Of a stretch of DNA of 64,000 bases, positions 11,918 to 22,674 are shown one piece after another. The stretch is from Rhodospirillaceae bacterium (GTDB lineage: Bacteria; Pseudomonadota; Alphaproteobacteria; UBA7985): positions 51,775 through 115,774 of the forward strand of contig JAYQIC010000009.1 of assembly GCA_038141425.1 (NCBI GenBank), written 5' to 3'. Position 1 is the first letter of the stretch; each line of letters opens with the position of its first letter. The position numbers were made by a program, and so were the translations under genes. Under the pieces are notes generated by a model. The model saw only the letters and a program-made list of their open reading frames with translations, was not told the origin of the DNA and made no database searches.

Positions 11918-13167
11918 CGCAATCGCCTTCCCCCCAAACCCCATCTCCTTCGCTTAGCCGGCTGGAGCAGCTGCACGACTATACCTACCGCAAGGTCTCG
12001 GGCGTGCTGGGCGAGTGTCAGAGCCCGCTGGAGCCGATCAACCTCTCGGTCGGTGAGCCGAAATTCGGGGCGTATGAAACCGTCGGCGAGGCGCTGGCCG
12101 CGACCGACCCAACTGGCTGGGGCAAATACCCGCCGGTCAACGCGGGTCCTGACCTGCGCGAAGCTGTGGCCGGCTGGATCCGGCGGCGCTACGACCTCCC
12201 CGCCGACATGCTGGACACCCACGCGCATGTGCACCCGGTGTTCGGCACCAAGGAAGGGCTGTTCTCCGCTATTCTGGCGGCGGTCCTGCGCAAGGAAGAC
12301 CGGCTGGAGAAGGCGGGCAAGGGCCATCTGCGCCCGCTGATCGTGCTGCCCAACCCGCTCTATCATGTCTATGTCGGCGCGGCACTGACCTCCGGGGCTG
12401 AAATCTGCTACGCGCCGTGCACACCGGCGACCGACTTTGCGCCCGATCTGGCCGTGGTCGCGGAGCAGGACTGGGACCGGGTGGCGCTGGTCATCGCGAC
12501 CAATCCGGGCAATCCCACCGGCACGCTGCTGCCCGCGGCTTTCCTGCGCGCGGCGATCGAACGCGCCCGCCAGCACGATTTCACCTTCCTCTCTGACGAG
12601 TGCTACAGCGAGCTGTATTACGACACCAAGCCGGTCAGCGCCTTCGAGGTCTGCCGCGATCTCGGCGGCGGGCTGGAGAACGTCTGGGTGGTCAATTCGC
12701 TCTCCAAGCGCTCCGGGCTGCCCGGGCTGCGTTCGGGCTTCGTCGCCGGGGATGCCGATCGGCTCGAAGACCTCTACTACCTGCGCGCCTACGGCGGTGC
12801 TCAGACCCCGATCGGGCTGCAGGAAGCCGCGATTGCTCTGTGGCAGGACGAGGCCCACGTCGCCGCGTTCCGCCAGCGCTACGCAGCCATTAATCAGGTG
12901 GCCAGCGACGTGCTCGGCGACCTGCCGGGCTTCCGTGCGCCCGAAGCGGGTTTCGTGCTGTGGCTGCCGGTTTCCAGCGGTGATGGCGACGCGGTCGCCC
13001 GGCGCCTGTGGCAGGAGCAGGCGGTGCGAACCCTGCCAGGATCGATTCTATCCCGCCCCATGCCCGACGGCAGCAAACCGGGGCAGGGCTTTGTCCGCTT
13101 TGCGCTGGTTTACCCCGAGGACGTAACCCGGGAAGCGCTGCTGCGCTGCCGCGATATTCTGGAATGA
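11914..13167 (+). CDS. dapC: PLP-dependent class I/II aminotransferase, succinyldiaminopimelate aminotransferase-like
   Basis: INLSVGEP, GTKEGLF, PNPLYHVY, NPGNPTG, SDECYSE, SLSKRSGLPGLRSG, AIALWQDEAHV. Confidence 0.75.
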   Translation: MTQSPSPQTPSPSLSRLEQLHDYTYRKVSGVLGECQSPLEPINLSVGEPKFGAYETVGEALAATDPTGWGKYPPVNAGPDLREAVAGWIRRRYDLPADMLDTHAHVHPVFGTKEGLFSAILAAVLRKEDRLEKAGKGHLRPLIVLPNPLYHVYVGAALTSGAEICYAPCTPATDFAPDLAVVAEQDWDRVALVIATNPGNPTGTLLPAAFLRAAIERARQHDFTFLSDECYSELYYDTKPVSAFEVCRDLGGGLENVWVVNSLSKRSGLPGLRSGFVAGDADRLEDLYYLRAYGGAQTPIGLQEAAIALWQDEAHVAAFRQRYAAINQVASDVLGDLPGFRAPEAGFVLWLPVSSGDGDAVARRLWQEQAVRTLPGSILSRPMPDGSKPGQGFVRFALVYPEDVTREALLRCRDILE

Positions 13168-13183
13168 GCCGCAGACCCTCGCC

Positions 13184-13441
13184 TTAGCCGTTCCAGCCCG
13201 TGCGTCGTTTGTAGATGAACATGACATCAGCGCCCCAGCTGCCGGAGCGTGGCCCGCCGTGTGCCTCCACGCAGTCGCACAGCAAGTCCTCAAGCCGGAC
13301 GATCTCAGCGATCAGGGCTTCGGTCTCTTTCTGGTAGTTCGGATCCATGGGGCTGTTGTGCTTGCGGAATTCAACGAGGCCGTTTTCCAGCGTGGTGATC
13401 TGTTCCACCAACCGAGGGAGCTGCTCAACGGGATAAAGCAT
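13184..13441 (-). CDS. Small predicted helical protein (85 aa), partner of the DUF6932-like gene
   Basis: ATG 13441 with AGAAGG RBS; amphipathic sequence EQLPRLVEQITTLENGLVEFRK…EALIAEIVRLEDLL; 41 nt downstream of the DUF6932-like stop. Confidence 0.7.
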   Translation of the reverse strand: MLYPVEQLPRLVEQITTLENGLVEFRKHNSPMDPNYQKETEALIAEIVRLEDLLCDCVEAHGGPRSGSWGADVMFIYKRRTGWNG

Positions 13442-13482
13442 GGTTAAGGCCTTCTGTTGCCGCTGCGGCGTCGACGCCGACT

Positions 13483-13914
13483 TCAATCGAGACTGAGACC
13501 AACCAACCCGCGCTGGCCTGCTGGCGCATCACTGGCCAGATACCGAAGCCAGGTCGCGCCCGTCCCTTTTGCTCTAAATGAGGCGGGAAAAAAATGCCCT
13601 CCCCATACTTTTCTTGTTAACAAGCGCGAATTTTTGTCAAAATTGCTGAGCCGGTTGTCGAGCGACTCGATAGGAACGGGGTCGCAGTCGAAAAGCAGTT
13701 TGAATTCGCGGGGCAGTTCGTCGCTGGAAATGAAGTCACCCCCCACCACCAGCAGGCGGTATCCGGCGTCGTACAGAACGCCAAGACCATCCTGCATCTG
13801 CGCATAGATGCGGCGCCGGTGGGCGTTCCAGGCAAAGGCATCTTCAAAGCCGCGGAGATCGCTGTGATGGACCCCTGCGGGCAGGAGCCCATTTTCCTGA
13901 AAGGCCGGCAGCAT
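13483..13914 (-). CDS. DUF6932-like nucleotidyltransferase-fold protein with degenerate catalytic motif
   Basis: MLPAFQENGLLPAGVH…FEDAFAWNAHRRRI…GLGVLYDAG and C-terminal RGLVGLSL match the family as I recall it; GAGGA RBS. Confidence 0.7.
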   Translation of the reverse strand: MLPAFQENGLLPAGVHHSDLRGFEDAFAWNAHRRRIYAQMQDGLGVLYDAGYRLLVVGGDFISSDELPREFKLLFDCDPVPIESLDNRLSNFDKNSRLLTRKVWGGHFFPASFRAKGTGATWLRYLASDAPAGQRGLVGLSLD

Positions 13915-14059
13915 GGGTTTCCTCGGGGTGTTCGACAGGCACGAGCGGTGACAGGGCGGAGAGCGCTGACCCGCCCGACCTTCCGGGCTGTTGTTCCAGC
14001 CTGACCGGTCAGTGGCAAGGCCAAAGTCTGCGCGCAGGGATCCTTTGTGCGCCGGTTTG

Positions 14060-15323
14060 TCAGAGGCTCAAGGTGGCCACCGGGGTGCAGGGAAAGCCGG
14101 TGCACAGCCCGTCGCCGCCCGCAGCCTGCCACAGCAGCGACACCCGGCGTTTTTGTTCGGCCCGGTCAGCCCCGGTTTGAGCCGACGCCAGCCGGGCCAC
14201 AAGGAAGGCTTCTCCATCGATCAGCAGGCTGAGCCCGAAAGACGGGGTATCGCGGTCGGTCAGCGGCAGCAGAGAGAGCGCAAGTCCGTCGGCTTGGGCC
14301 GCTGTCTGAAAGCTGTAGAGGGCGGCTGAAATCTGTTCCTGCGCGGCGACTTCGCGGCACAGCATGGTCTTGTCGGCGACGGCCAGCGGGTCGAGCGTAA
14401 AGCCGATGGCGATGGGCGTGCCCTCGGCCGTGCCGGGGGCAGGCAGGGGGGCAAATGTCCAGCGGGCCACCGGACCGCCCTCGACGCTCAGCATTTCGTC
14501 GACCACGAAGTGGCACTGCTCCACCATGGACTTCGCCGTCCACTGTGCGTCGGTGATGCAGACATAGGACCAGCGCCAGCGCCCCTGATCGGCGCAGGAA
14601 TTGGCAGCGCGGGTGAAGCCGCGCTCGTCGATGTAGCGCAGGGTAAAGCGCATGCCGGTGACCACGTCGCGCGCGGTCAGCAGGCGCGCGCCCGTCCCTG
14701 CATCCGGATCACCGGCCCAGAAATCACGCCCCAGCCGCAATCCGGTTTCGGCTTCCATTTCCGTCAGAAACCGCGAGGACGAGGCTTTACCGCCGGGGAC
14801 ATTCATCGCCACCGGTGCATTGCAGCGGAAGGCGAGGTTGTGTTCGGCGGACGCCCGCTTAGCGCAGGCCATGCCGCTGATCTCGGGCTGACCCTCGTAG
14901 CCGGCGAGTACGATCGTCGGCTCCTGTATCGCCGCGGTGCCGCTGCGCCCCGGCCCGCCGTCGGGAAGACTGTAGGAAAACAGCACGTCGCCGAGGCTGA
15001 AATGATACTCACTGGTGACCGGTCCGAGCGGCAGGAATGCCACCTTGGTACCGGTACCGGCTTTGGCGCGGCTGCGGTCGGCAAAGCCGCTGAGGGCAAT
15101 TTCCTGCCTGCTTTCGCGCGGCAGCGCTCCGCTGCGCTGAGAGCCAAACCAGTCGGCAAAGGTGTCTTCGGATACCGGCGCCAACGCCGGGCCGCCTTGC
15201 CTCAGCCCGGGCCGGGGCAGCACCGAGGATCGGGGCCAGCGAAGCCGCGGATGACAACGCCAACGCCAGCACAGTCGTCATCGCGGCATCAATCGGGCCA
15301 GAGCTGTGCGAGCGGTCTGTCAT
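14060..15323 (-). CDS. Hypothetical exported Cys-rich protein (frameshift near 15,200 separates the signal peptide)
   Basis: 387-aa ORF with 8 Cys; the adjacent frame carries a signal peptide MTTVLALALSSAASLAPILGAAPARA. Confidence 0.55.
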
Positions 15324-15645
15324 CGGGTGTCCGAAGTTGGCAAAACGAGAGGTGAGCGCCGTGATCCGGGGCTCAGAGAATCGCCATGCGGGATTGACGC
15401 CAAACTGCATCGCTTTCGACGAAAAACCGAACAAACACTGTCGCATAATCGTTTTCTGTGGCCCAAATCCGGCAAAATCGGTGCTGTGAAGCACGCCTGA
15501 CCAGATTTTCGCCCGAGGAGATTTCCAGATTTACTCACAGGCGTCGCAATGTGCGACTTTCGCTTTGACGCTTAAGGTGGTTCATTGACGACATTATCTG
15601 AGTGGCACCAACGGCTTTCAGGACGTCGCGTCCGCTGGGGAGGTT

Positions 15646-17896
15646 ATGCAGGGTCTTTTGAAAAAAAGGCTGGTCGAGGTGATGACGGTCGGGGCGGTTC
15701 TTGCCCTGTCGCTGCCTGCTGTGTCGCGCGCGGATCTCGATGTTGCTGCGGCCTGCGCATCGGTTGGTCTGGCGGATCCCGTCGATCGGGCTGCCGCAGC
15801 GGCAGCACTTCCGACCTACGGCGGTGTGGCACAGGTCTGCACCGTGCAAGCCCTGCTGGCAACGCTGGGCGAGCTGCCCGGATCCCGGACCGTTGACGGG
15901 CGCTACGACAAGCAGGTCCGCGACGCGCTGGCTGATTTCCAGCGGGGCAGCGGGCTGGATGCCACCGGGCTGCTCAATCCCGAGACCCTTTCACAACTGG
16001 CGAGCGATGCGCTGGACGTGATCTTTGCCGAACCGATTGCGCCGGCTGCTCCCGCCGCCACGGCGGAGCCCGCGGTGGTCAGCGATACCCCAGTCGCGGC
16101 CGAGGAAGACTTCTCATCGACGCAAGTCCCTGCGCCGCGTCCTGCCACTGCGGGCCGCGATACCACCGCCAGCACCGGTACCAGCACCAGCACAAGCACG
16201 ACGACTAGCACGGCCGCCGCCGTCACGACGAGCGAGGCGACGACAAGCCAGAGCGCTGCTGCTGCCGATGGTGTTGCGACCGCGACCGACAGCTCGGTGG
16301 TCGTCACCGGCAGCCGGTTGAGCGCCAGCATCGGCGAGCAGCAGCAGCAGCAGCAGCGAGGAGAGCCAGACCTCGTCTGCCGTCGAAGTCGCGAGCCCCG
16401 CCGACACCACCACTTCTGCGGTCGTCTCCAGCTCTGCTGCCGGAGACCGCGTGATCATCGTTGACGCCTCCGATGGCGAGACAGACGTGAACCGCGTGCG
16501 GGTCGTGGTCGGTGGTGAAGTCGACGCCAATGGCAACCGCATTGTTTCCAGCGAGCAGACCACCGTGGTCACCTCGACCTCATTCGTGGAAACCGAGACC
16601 TATATCGTACTCGCCGACCCGCTGGACGATGACAGTGTATCGAGCTTCGTGCGGCCGAGCGTCTGTCACGACCCGGCTTCGGTTCAGGACCCCGATCTGA
16701 TCCGTAACCTCGACCGGCTGCCCGATCTGGTCTGCCTGCGTGTCTTTGAAGGCGCGGGCGATCTGCCCTACCGCTTCTATTCGCTCGAAGCGCTGCAATC
16801 CGGTCCGACGCTGATGGTGCTGCAGGACGGTGACGACCTCGCCTTTGACACCGCTATCCGGCTGCTGGGCAATCACGGTGGACGGCTGGTGGTGTTTGAA
16901 TCCGACGAGCAAAGCCGCACGACCCTGACCGGGGCAAACCTCGAACTGATGACGGTCTCGCCCTATTCGATGCAGGGCTGTGGCTGGGCGGCGTCTGAAT
17001 TGCAGCTCGCCTACGCCCTGCACGACTACGTGGTCGCGGTTGACGTAGCGGTTGTCTCGGTGCGCTCCGGCGCGACGGGTCTCGATGCCCTTGATCTTTT
17101 TGCCAACGGCAGCTCGCGGCTCGACCTGCAGTCAGGCAGCGCAGCTCGCGAGATCTTCCAGCCCGTCAGCACGACCCTCGCGTCCGGTGCTTTCCTCGAG
17201 CTCATGGTGACAGCCGCGACCCGTCGCTCGCAGGAGACGCGGGCGATTGTTCAGGGCGCGCTGGTCAACAACCTGCCCACAGCGCTGACCCAGGTGAACC
17301 TGCTGAGCGACGCCGACCGCTGTGGGTTGGAGATGCTGGCGCAGCAGACTGATCAACCGGTGGCGCGATTGCTGACCGGGACGACCAGCACCGCGCGCGC
17401 CCTCGAAGTCGGGGCGGCGATGGTGCGCGCTATGCGCCTGGCCCAGCAGTCGGCCGGGCTTGAATCCGGGCTATCCAGCGACGCCGCCTTTGACCGGCTG
17501 CGCGCCGGGCAGATGGAAACGCAGGCCGACGAAGCAGAGGCTTTGGCTCATATGGGTGCGCCAACCACGCCCGCCGGGATCGACGCGCTGGCGCCGGTTG
17601 CGGTGTTCGGGCAGGACGCAGCAGGCGGCACCACGGCCACGGTGGTCGGGGATGCGTCCTACGTTGAAGAAATGATCGGAACCTCCGGCGCCTTTCCACC
17701 CGCGCCAAAGGCACGGCTGGCGACCTCGGTGCGTCAGATCCTGATCCCCGATGGTGGCGATGCCGCTTTTATCCATGACTGGATCCAGCCCGGGGCGAGC
17801 GCCACTGCGCCCGCGACGACTTCTGTGGTCTCCCGCAGCTATGGCGAGGGCAGCGGCCTGACCGGTGTCGGGACCATCAGCACCAGCGTCTATTAG
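15646..17896 (+). CDS. Exported peptidoglycan-binding (PG_binding_1) protein with Thr/Ser/Ala linker and unknown C-terminal domains; frameshift near 16,320
   Basis: GGGAGG RBS; signal peptide …PAVSRA; VQALLATLG…VDGRYDKQVRDALADFQRGSGLDATGLLNPETL; low-complexity linker continues into ORF 16451..17896. Confidence 0.7.
16337..16357 (+). repeat. (AGC)7 trinucleotide repeat encoding poly-Ser in the linker
   Basis: agcagcagcagcagcagcagc read directly. Confidence 0.85.
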
Positions 17897-17913
17897 AACC
17901 GGATCTGACGCGG

Positions 17914-18693
17914 ATGAGCGCGAGTGGGCTGTCCGGCCAGCGGGTCTGTGTCACCGGCGCGAGCCGCGGTATCGGCGCTCGCGCCTGCGAGGTCTTTGCC
18001 CGGGATGGTGCGCAGGTTCTGGGGATCGCCCGGAGCGAGAACGAGCTGTCGGACCTGCGTGAGCGACTGAGCGGGCAGGGGCTGGCCTTCGACTTTGCCA
18101 CTGTCGATCTGACCACGCCCGACGCCGGCAACCAGCTCGATGCGCTGTTCGCTGACTTTGTCCCCGATGTCTTCGTCAACAATGCCGGGGTAACCAAGCC
18201 CGCGGCATTTCAGGACGTCAGCTTAGAAGACTTCGACCGGGTGATGGGGCTGAATGTCCGCGCCGGTTTTTTCGCGTCTCAGGCAGCGGTACGCGCCATG
18301 ATCGCCAAGCCCGCTCCTGGGCGGGGCCGGGCTGTCATACATCTGGGTTCCATGCTCGGGCACGTGGCGCTTCCCGGGCGGTCTGTCTACGCTGCGACCA
18401 AGCACGCGCTCGAAGGGCTTACCAAGGCCATGGCGTTGGACCTCGCGCCGCACGGGATCCGGGTCAACGCGCTGGGTCCGACCTATATCGAGACGCCACT
18501 GACTGAACCCCTGCTGAGTGACCCGGCCTTCCGGCAGTTTGTCGCTGAGCGCATGCCACTGTCACAGCAACAACGGCCGATTGGGCAGCTTCAGAACCTC
18601 GATGGTGCGCTGCTGTTCCTTGCCGACTCGGGCCGGTCAGGGCTGGTTACGGGTACAAGTGTAGTCGTCGACGGTGGCTGGACCGCGCAATAA
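17914..18693 (+). CDS. Classical short-chain dehydrogenase/reductase
   Basis: TGASRGIG, NNAG, YAATK, VVDGGWTAQ. Confidence 0.92.
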   Translation: MSASGLSGQRVCVTGASRGIGARACEVFARDGAQVLGIARSENELSDLRERLSGQGLAFDFATVDLTTPDAGNQLDALFADFVPDVFVNNAGVTKPAAFQDVSLEDFDRVMGLNVRAGFFASQAAVRAMIAKPAPGRGRAVIHLGSMLGHVALPGRSVYAATKHALEGLTKAMALDLAPHGIRVNALGPTYIETPLTEPLLSDPAFRQFVAERMPLSQQQRPIGQLQNLDGALLFLADSGRSGLVTGTSVVVDGGWTAQ

Positions 18694-18804
18694 GCACTCT
18701 GACATTCAGTTAGTGGCAAATTGCCCACATATATGTCCGGATTCGTGGCCACTTTTCCCCGAAGTCACTATTTGGTCACGGCTTGTCCCCTTGAGTACGC
18801 GAGA

Positions 18805-18843
18805 TCTTAGTGCTAGGCCCATTGAAAGGCTTGGCATTACGCG
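18805..18843 (+). promoter_or_regulatory. Conserved upstream motif of surface protein paralog 1
   Basis: TCTTAGTGCTAG-N18-CATTACGCG, 199 nt before ATG 19004; the same motif lies 200 nt before paralog 2. Confidence 0.55.
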
Positions 18844-19003
18844 AACCTAGGGCCTGCACACTTGTGTATTTCCATTAGGAATCTAGGTTTGGCCAAATTT
18901 CGAAGGCACTAAGCCGTCGAGTGAAGGTTTAGTTCAAAGCTGTTGGCGCCCCGAGCGTCCAGCCGACCGGCGACCCCTCGTCGCGCGGGATATTTACACG
19001 GAG

Positions 19004-22000
19004 ATGACGAAGATGATGTTTGACAGTCAGCACGAAGGCACCCCGGCCGTCAGCCAATCCTCCTTTGAGCCGCTTGCGCGATCGGACGCGAGCGGGAAGA
19101 AGGCCCTGCGCAGCCGGGCGGGTATGCTCCTGACGTCAACGAGCCTGGTGGCCGCGGCCACGGCCATGATGACCGGTGAGGCGGCCGCTCAGGCGCCAGC
19201 TGGTTTCGCACCGGCACCCGCTGACGTGGTTTCCTACGTTCAGCTCTCCAACGGTTCGGTTCTGGTGCAGCTGGCCAACCAGCAGTCCCTGCTGGTCACC
19301 TCCAACAACTTCTTCATCGACGGCACTGGCGTGCTGTTCCTCAGCCCGGCTGTAGCCACCGGTATCGCCGGTGGTGGCGCCCCGGCTGTCACCGCGCCAG
19401 TACCGGCTGCTGTGGCCCCGTTGCCTGCCGCTGCGCCGCTGCCTCAGCCGCTTGCGCCGGCCGATCCCCTCAACATCGCCAGCGATGCGTCCTCCGGTGT
19501 GATCTTCGAAGACACCGAGGTGGCGTCCTCGTCCGGTGGTATCATGGGCATGATCACAGGTGGTCCAGGCCTGTTTGGTCTGGGTACGCTGGGCACGATT
19601 GCCGCTGTTGGTCTGGGTGGTGGCGCGATCCTGTTCGCAGCCAATGCCATTCGGTCGCGTCTGCAGCCAACAGAGGAAGAAAACAGCGTGGCCACGGTCA
19701 CGGCGACGGAAACCAGCATCGAGCGCGGTGGTGCGTCTGAGTCTGTTACCTACGCCATTACCGACTTTGACGGGATCGATGAAAGCGATCTGGTCGCTTC
19801 GGTGCAGGCTGCGCTGGACGGCGCGTCCACCGTTGCCTCGATCTTCCCAAACGGTGCCGAAATCACCACCGAGCGCTCGGGCTCGGGCGTGTTTGAAGGC
19901 ACGGAAGACACCTATGGGTCCATCAACGTCACCCTGACCGGTGAAGCGGCTGAAGCGCTCAACCTCGGCTCGTTCCCCGGGCCTGCTGTGACCTTCACCG
20001 ACGCCAAGGGCAACGAAGAATCCGTCAACCTCGCGATCGAGATCACCGACAATTCCTCGGGCGGCGGCGGTGGCGGCGGTTCTACCGGCACGCTGGAGCT
20101 CGACCAGGCCGACGGCAGCACGCACGAAATCGCGCAGGGCAGTTCCAAGCTGTTCAAGGCGACCGATCCTGAAGGTGACACCATCACCTACAGCATCTCC
20201 AACAACCCCAGCGGAATCGCGATCGACAGCAACACCGGCCTGGTGGTCGTCTCCAACTCGGTCAACGCTGGCAGCTACACCATCACAGTAACGGCAACTT
20301 CCACCGGCTCGGACGGATCCGTTGATACCGATACAGAGACCTACAACATCACTGTCACTGAGGGGGCCGGCGGCTCGGGTGGTTCGAGCGGTAATTCGGT
20401 GAACGCTGATTTTGACTCCTCGAGCGCGGGCTTTGATACCCTCTCCGGCGTCAACATCACGGATAACGAGACCGCTGACAGCAGCGACAACGAACTCGAA
20501 ATCGTTGCCGCCGCTCACCTCGCCAATTCCTACATCATGGATGGCCTGGCCGGGGATGACACGGTTTACTTCTCCGAAGCCGGGGCGACCTACCACCTCG
20601 ACCCGACCTGGGTGAATGGCTTCGAAGACGTATCGGGCTTTGAAACCCTCGAACTGCTCTCCGACGTGCATCTGGAGATCAACGGCGGCGTACTCGACAG
20701 CGAGAGCACCGGCGACATCGAGCACCTGAAGGGTTCAGGCAATAACCGAGTGACCATCGTCAACAACAACGCCGACTTCGGCCTCGACGTGACGATCACC
20801 GACATCGATACCATCGATATGAATAACTACGATCTGACCCTCGATAAGTCGGATCTGAGCGAGATTAACACCATCGAAGGCGACACCCAGTCGACCCTCG
20901 TGTTCACCGGCCAGTTCACCTACGACTTCGCCGAAGGCCTGATCATGACCAAGGACGTGACCCGTCTTGGTCTGGACTCCGGCAACTACGACTACTCGCT
21001 GACGCTGGATGGCGTGAACGACGAGGACGTGCGCGAGATCTACGCCTACGGGTCGAACGAGATCGAAGGCAACGTCATGATCGATGCCCGCGCAAACGCC
21101 AACATCACCCTTATTGACCTCGCTGGAGATCAATTCACCACGGGCGGCATAGACGGCGACAGCAACATCTTTGTCACCTATGATGACGGTCTTGAGGTCC
21201 TCGGGGGTGACAACGACGATGATCTTTTTGTCATCCTGGACAGTGACATCGAAGACGGTGAATTCCAGTTCGACGGCGGTGGTGACAAAGAAGATACTTT
21301 GAATATCAATCTGAACGGCGATGAAATCGATACCCTCGGCTTTGGCCGTTCGATCGACCACGTCGAGTACATCGACATCGATGCACCTGACGGCGACGGC
21401 GAGGCCCACTTGCAGTTCGATGGTAACGGAACTGATGAATCCGATATTATTCAAGTTGACCTGTCAGATGTCAAAGACGACGCAACGTTGATTCTGGATG
21501 GTGACCGCAGCGCCTTGGACGGGGACGCGGAAAATATCAAAGGCGGAGCATTTGCCAGTGATATGGCCGACGGAGACGTAGTTGATGGCTTTGTATCAGA
21601 CGAAGACGTAGTAATTTATCTGACAAACCAAGACGATACGCTGGACTTGACAATTGGCGATCCGAAGCATCCGGTGCTGTCACTAATGTTGCCGAAATCT
21701 TGAACGGTACGAACATTGAGTCAGTGGCCCCAGATAACGCTCAGGGATCTCAGGCAGTTGATATTCATCTGGGTGGAGGAGACGACAGCATTAGTTTAAT
21801 TTTGGGTCGGCGCAGACTGATGAGGTTACACTGCACTTCTCGCGCGCTAACAATGACGATCATGACACAATCAAATTCACTTATCTGAATGACCTCAACG
21901 CGACAGTTGGCGGTCTGACGCTTGATTTCGCTGACGATATCTCAACAGTTATAGATGGTGGGGCGGTTGCCGCCGCTGCGGTCAATGAGAGTGGCGCCTC

Positions 22001-22226
22001 GCAGCAAGGTGCGCTGATTGTGTTCAATGGTGGGTCTCAAATAGGTTTCATATACGACCATGATGGAGACGGGCAGCTATCTGATGGTGACACCTTGGTC
22101 GACTTGACTGGAACAGGGGGTAGCATCACGTCCAACTCGTCAGACAGGCTTCACCCTCACTCTCGCTGGCACCGAAGGTACAGATGCTTTCAACTTCACC
22201 CTCGATCAGGCGACCTGTCGCTTTAG
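19004..22226 (+). CDS. Large acidic surface/adhesin-like protein, paralog 1 (cadherin-like and RTX/S-layer-like regions; several frameshifts after about 21,660)
   Basis: Long leader ending AAA-QAP; Gly-rich hydrophobic segment; cadherin-like ATDPEGDTITYSI…IDSNTG…YTITVTATS; GGxDD motifs; C-terminal IYDHDGDGQLSDGDTLVDLTG. Confidence 0.75.
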
Positions 22227-22281
22227 TCCAGCAAGCATCCAAATTCGTGGTTATCCCCTGCGGTAACCACGGCGATATCTC

Positions 22282-22317
22282 AACCCCGGCGGCCTGTGGG
22301 CGTCGGGGGTTTTCTTT
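22282..22317 (+). terminator. Rho-independent terminator after paralog 1
   Basis: AACCCCGGCG…CGTCGGGGGTT stem followed by TTCTTT. Confidence 0.7.
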
Positions 22318-22474
22318 GTCCCTTGGGTGCGCACAGAGCCCAAAAAGGAACGGCCCGAATGAGGCCTCGCGGGGAGGGTTTGCGCGGTTTGTGATCGGAT
22401 AAGCCGACGGAACTAACCCCTTTGAGCAATATATTGTGCCTCAAATGCCACTTAAGGCCTTCGGACAGGCGTTT

Positions 22475-22513
22475 TCTTAGTGCTAGAACCCTTTAGAAAT
22501 TTCTCATTATGCG
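22475..22513 (+). promoter_or_regulatory. Conserved upstream motif of surface protein paralog 2
   Basis: TCTTAGTGCTAG-N18-CATTATGCG, 200 nt before ATG 22675. Confidence 0.55.
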
Positions 22514-22674
22514 TTAAAACACGACCGACATTATGCGTTCTCAATGCGCTGAGGGTCTGTCGTGGTCTCGGAAATCGCTGTTCAAGCGGTGACCAGACCT
22601 CTCCGGCAGCCAGCGCGGCAGCAGGCGCAGCAAGGCCGAAACCCGGTGAGCGGGGAGGCGGTCAAAAAACGGAG

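Noticed and set aside
16337-16357. Poly-Gln tract in ORF 15646..16464
   Set aside because: It results from an upstream frameshift; the continuing frame reads poly-Ser within the linker.
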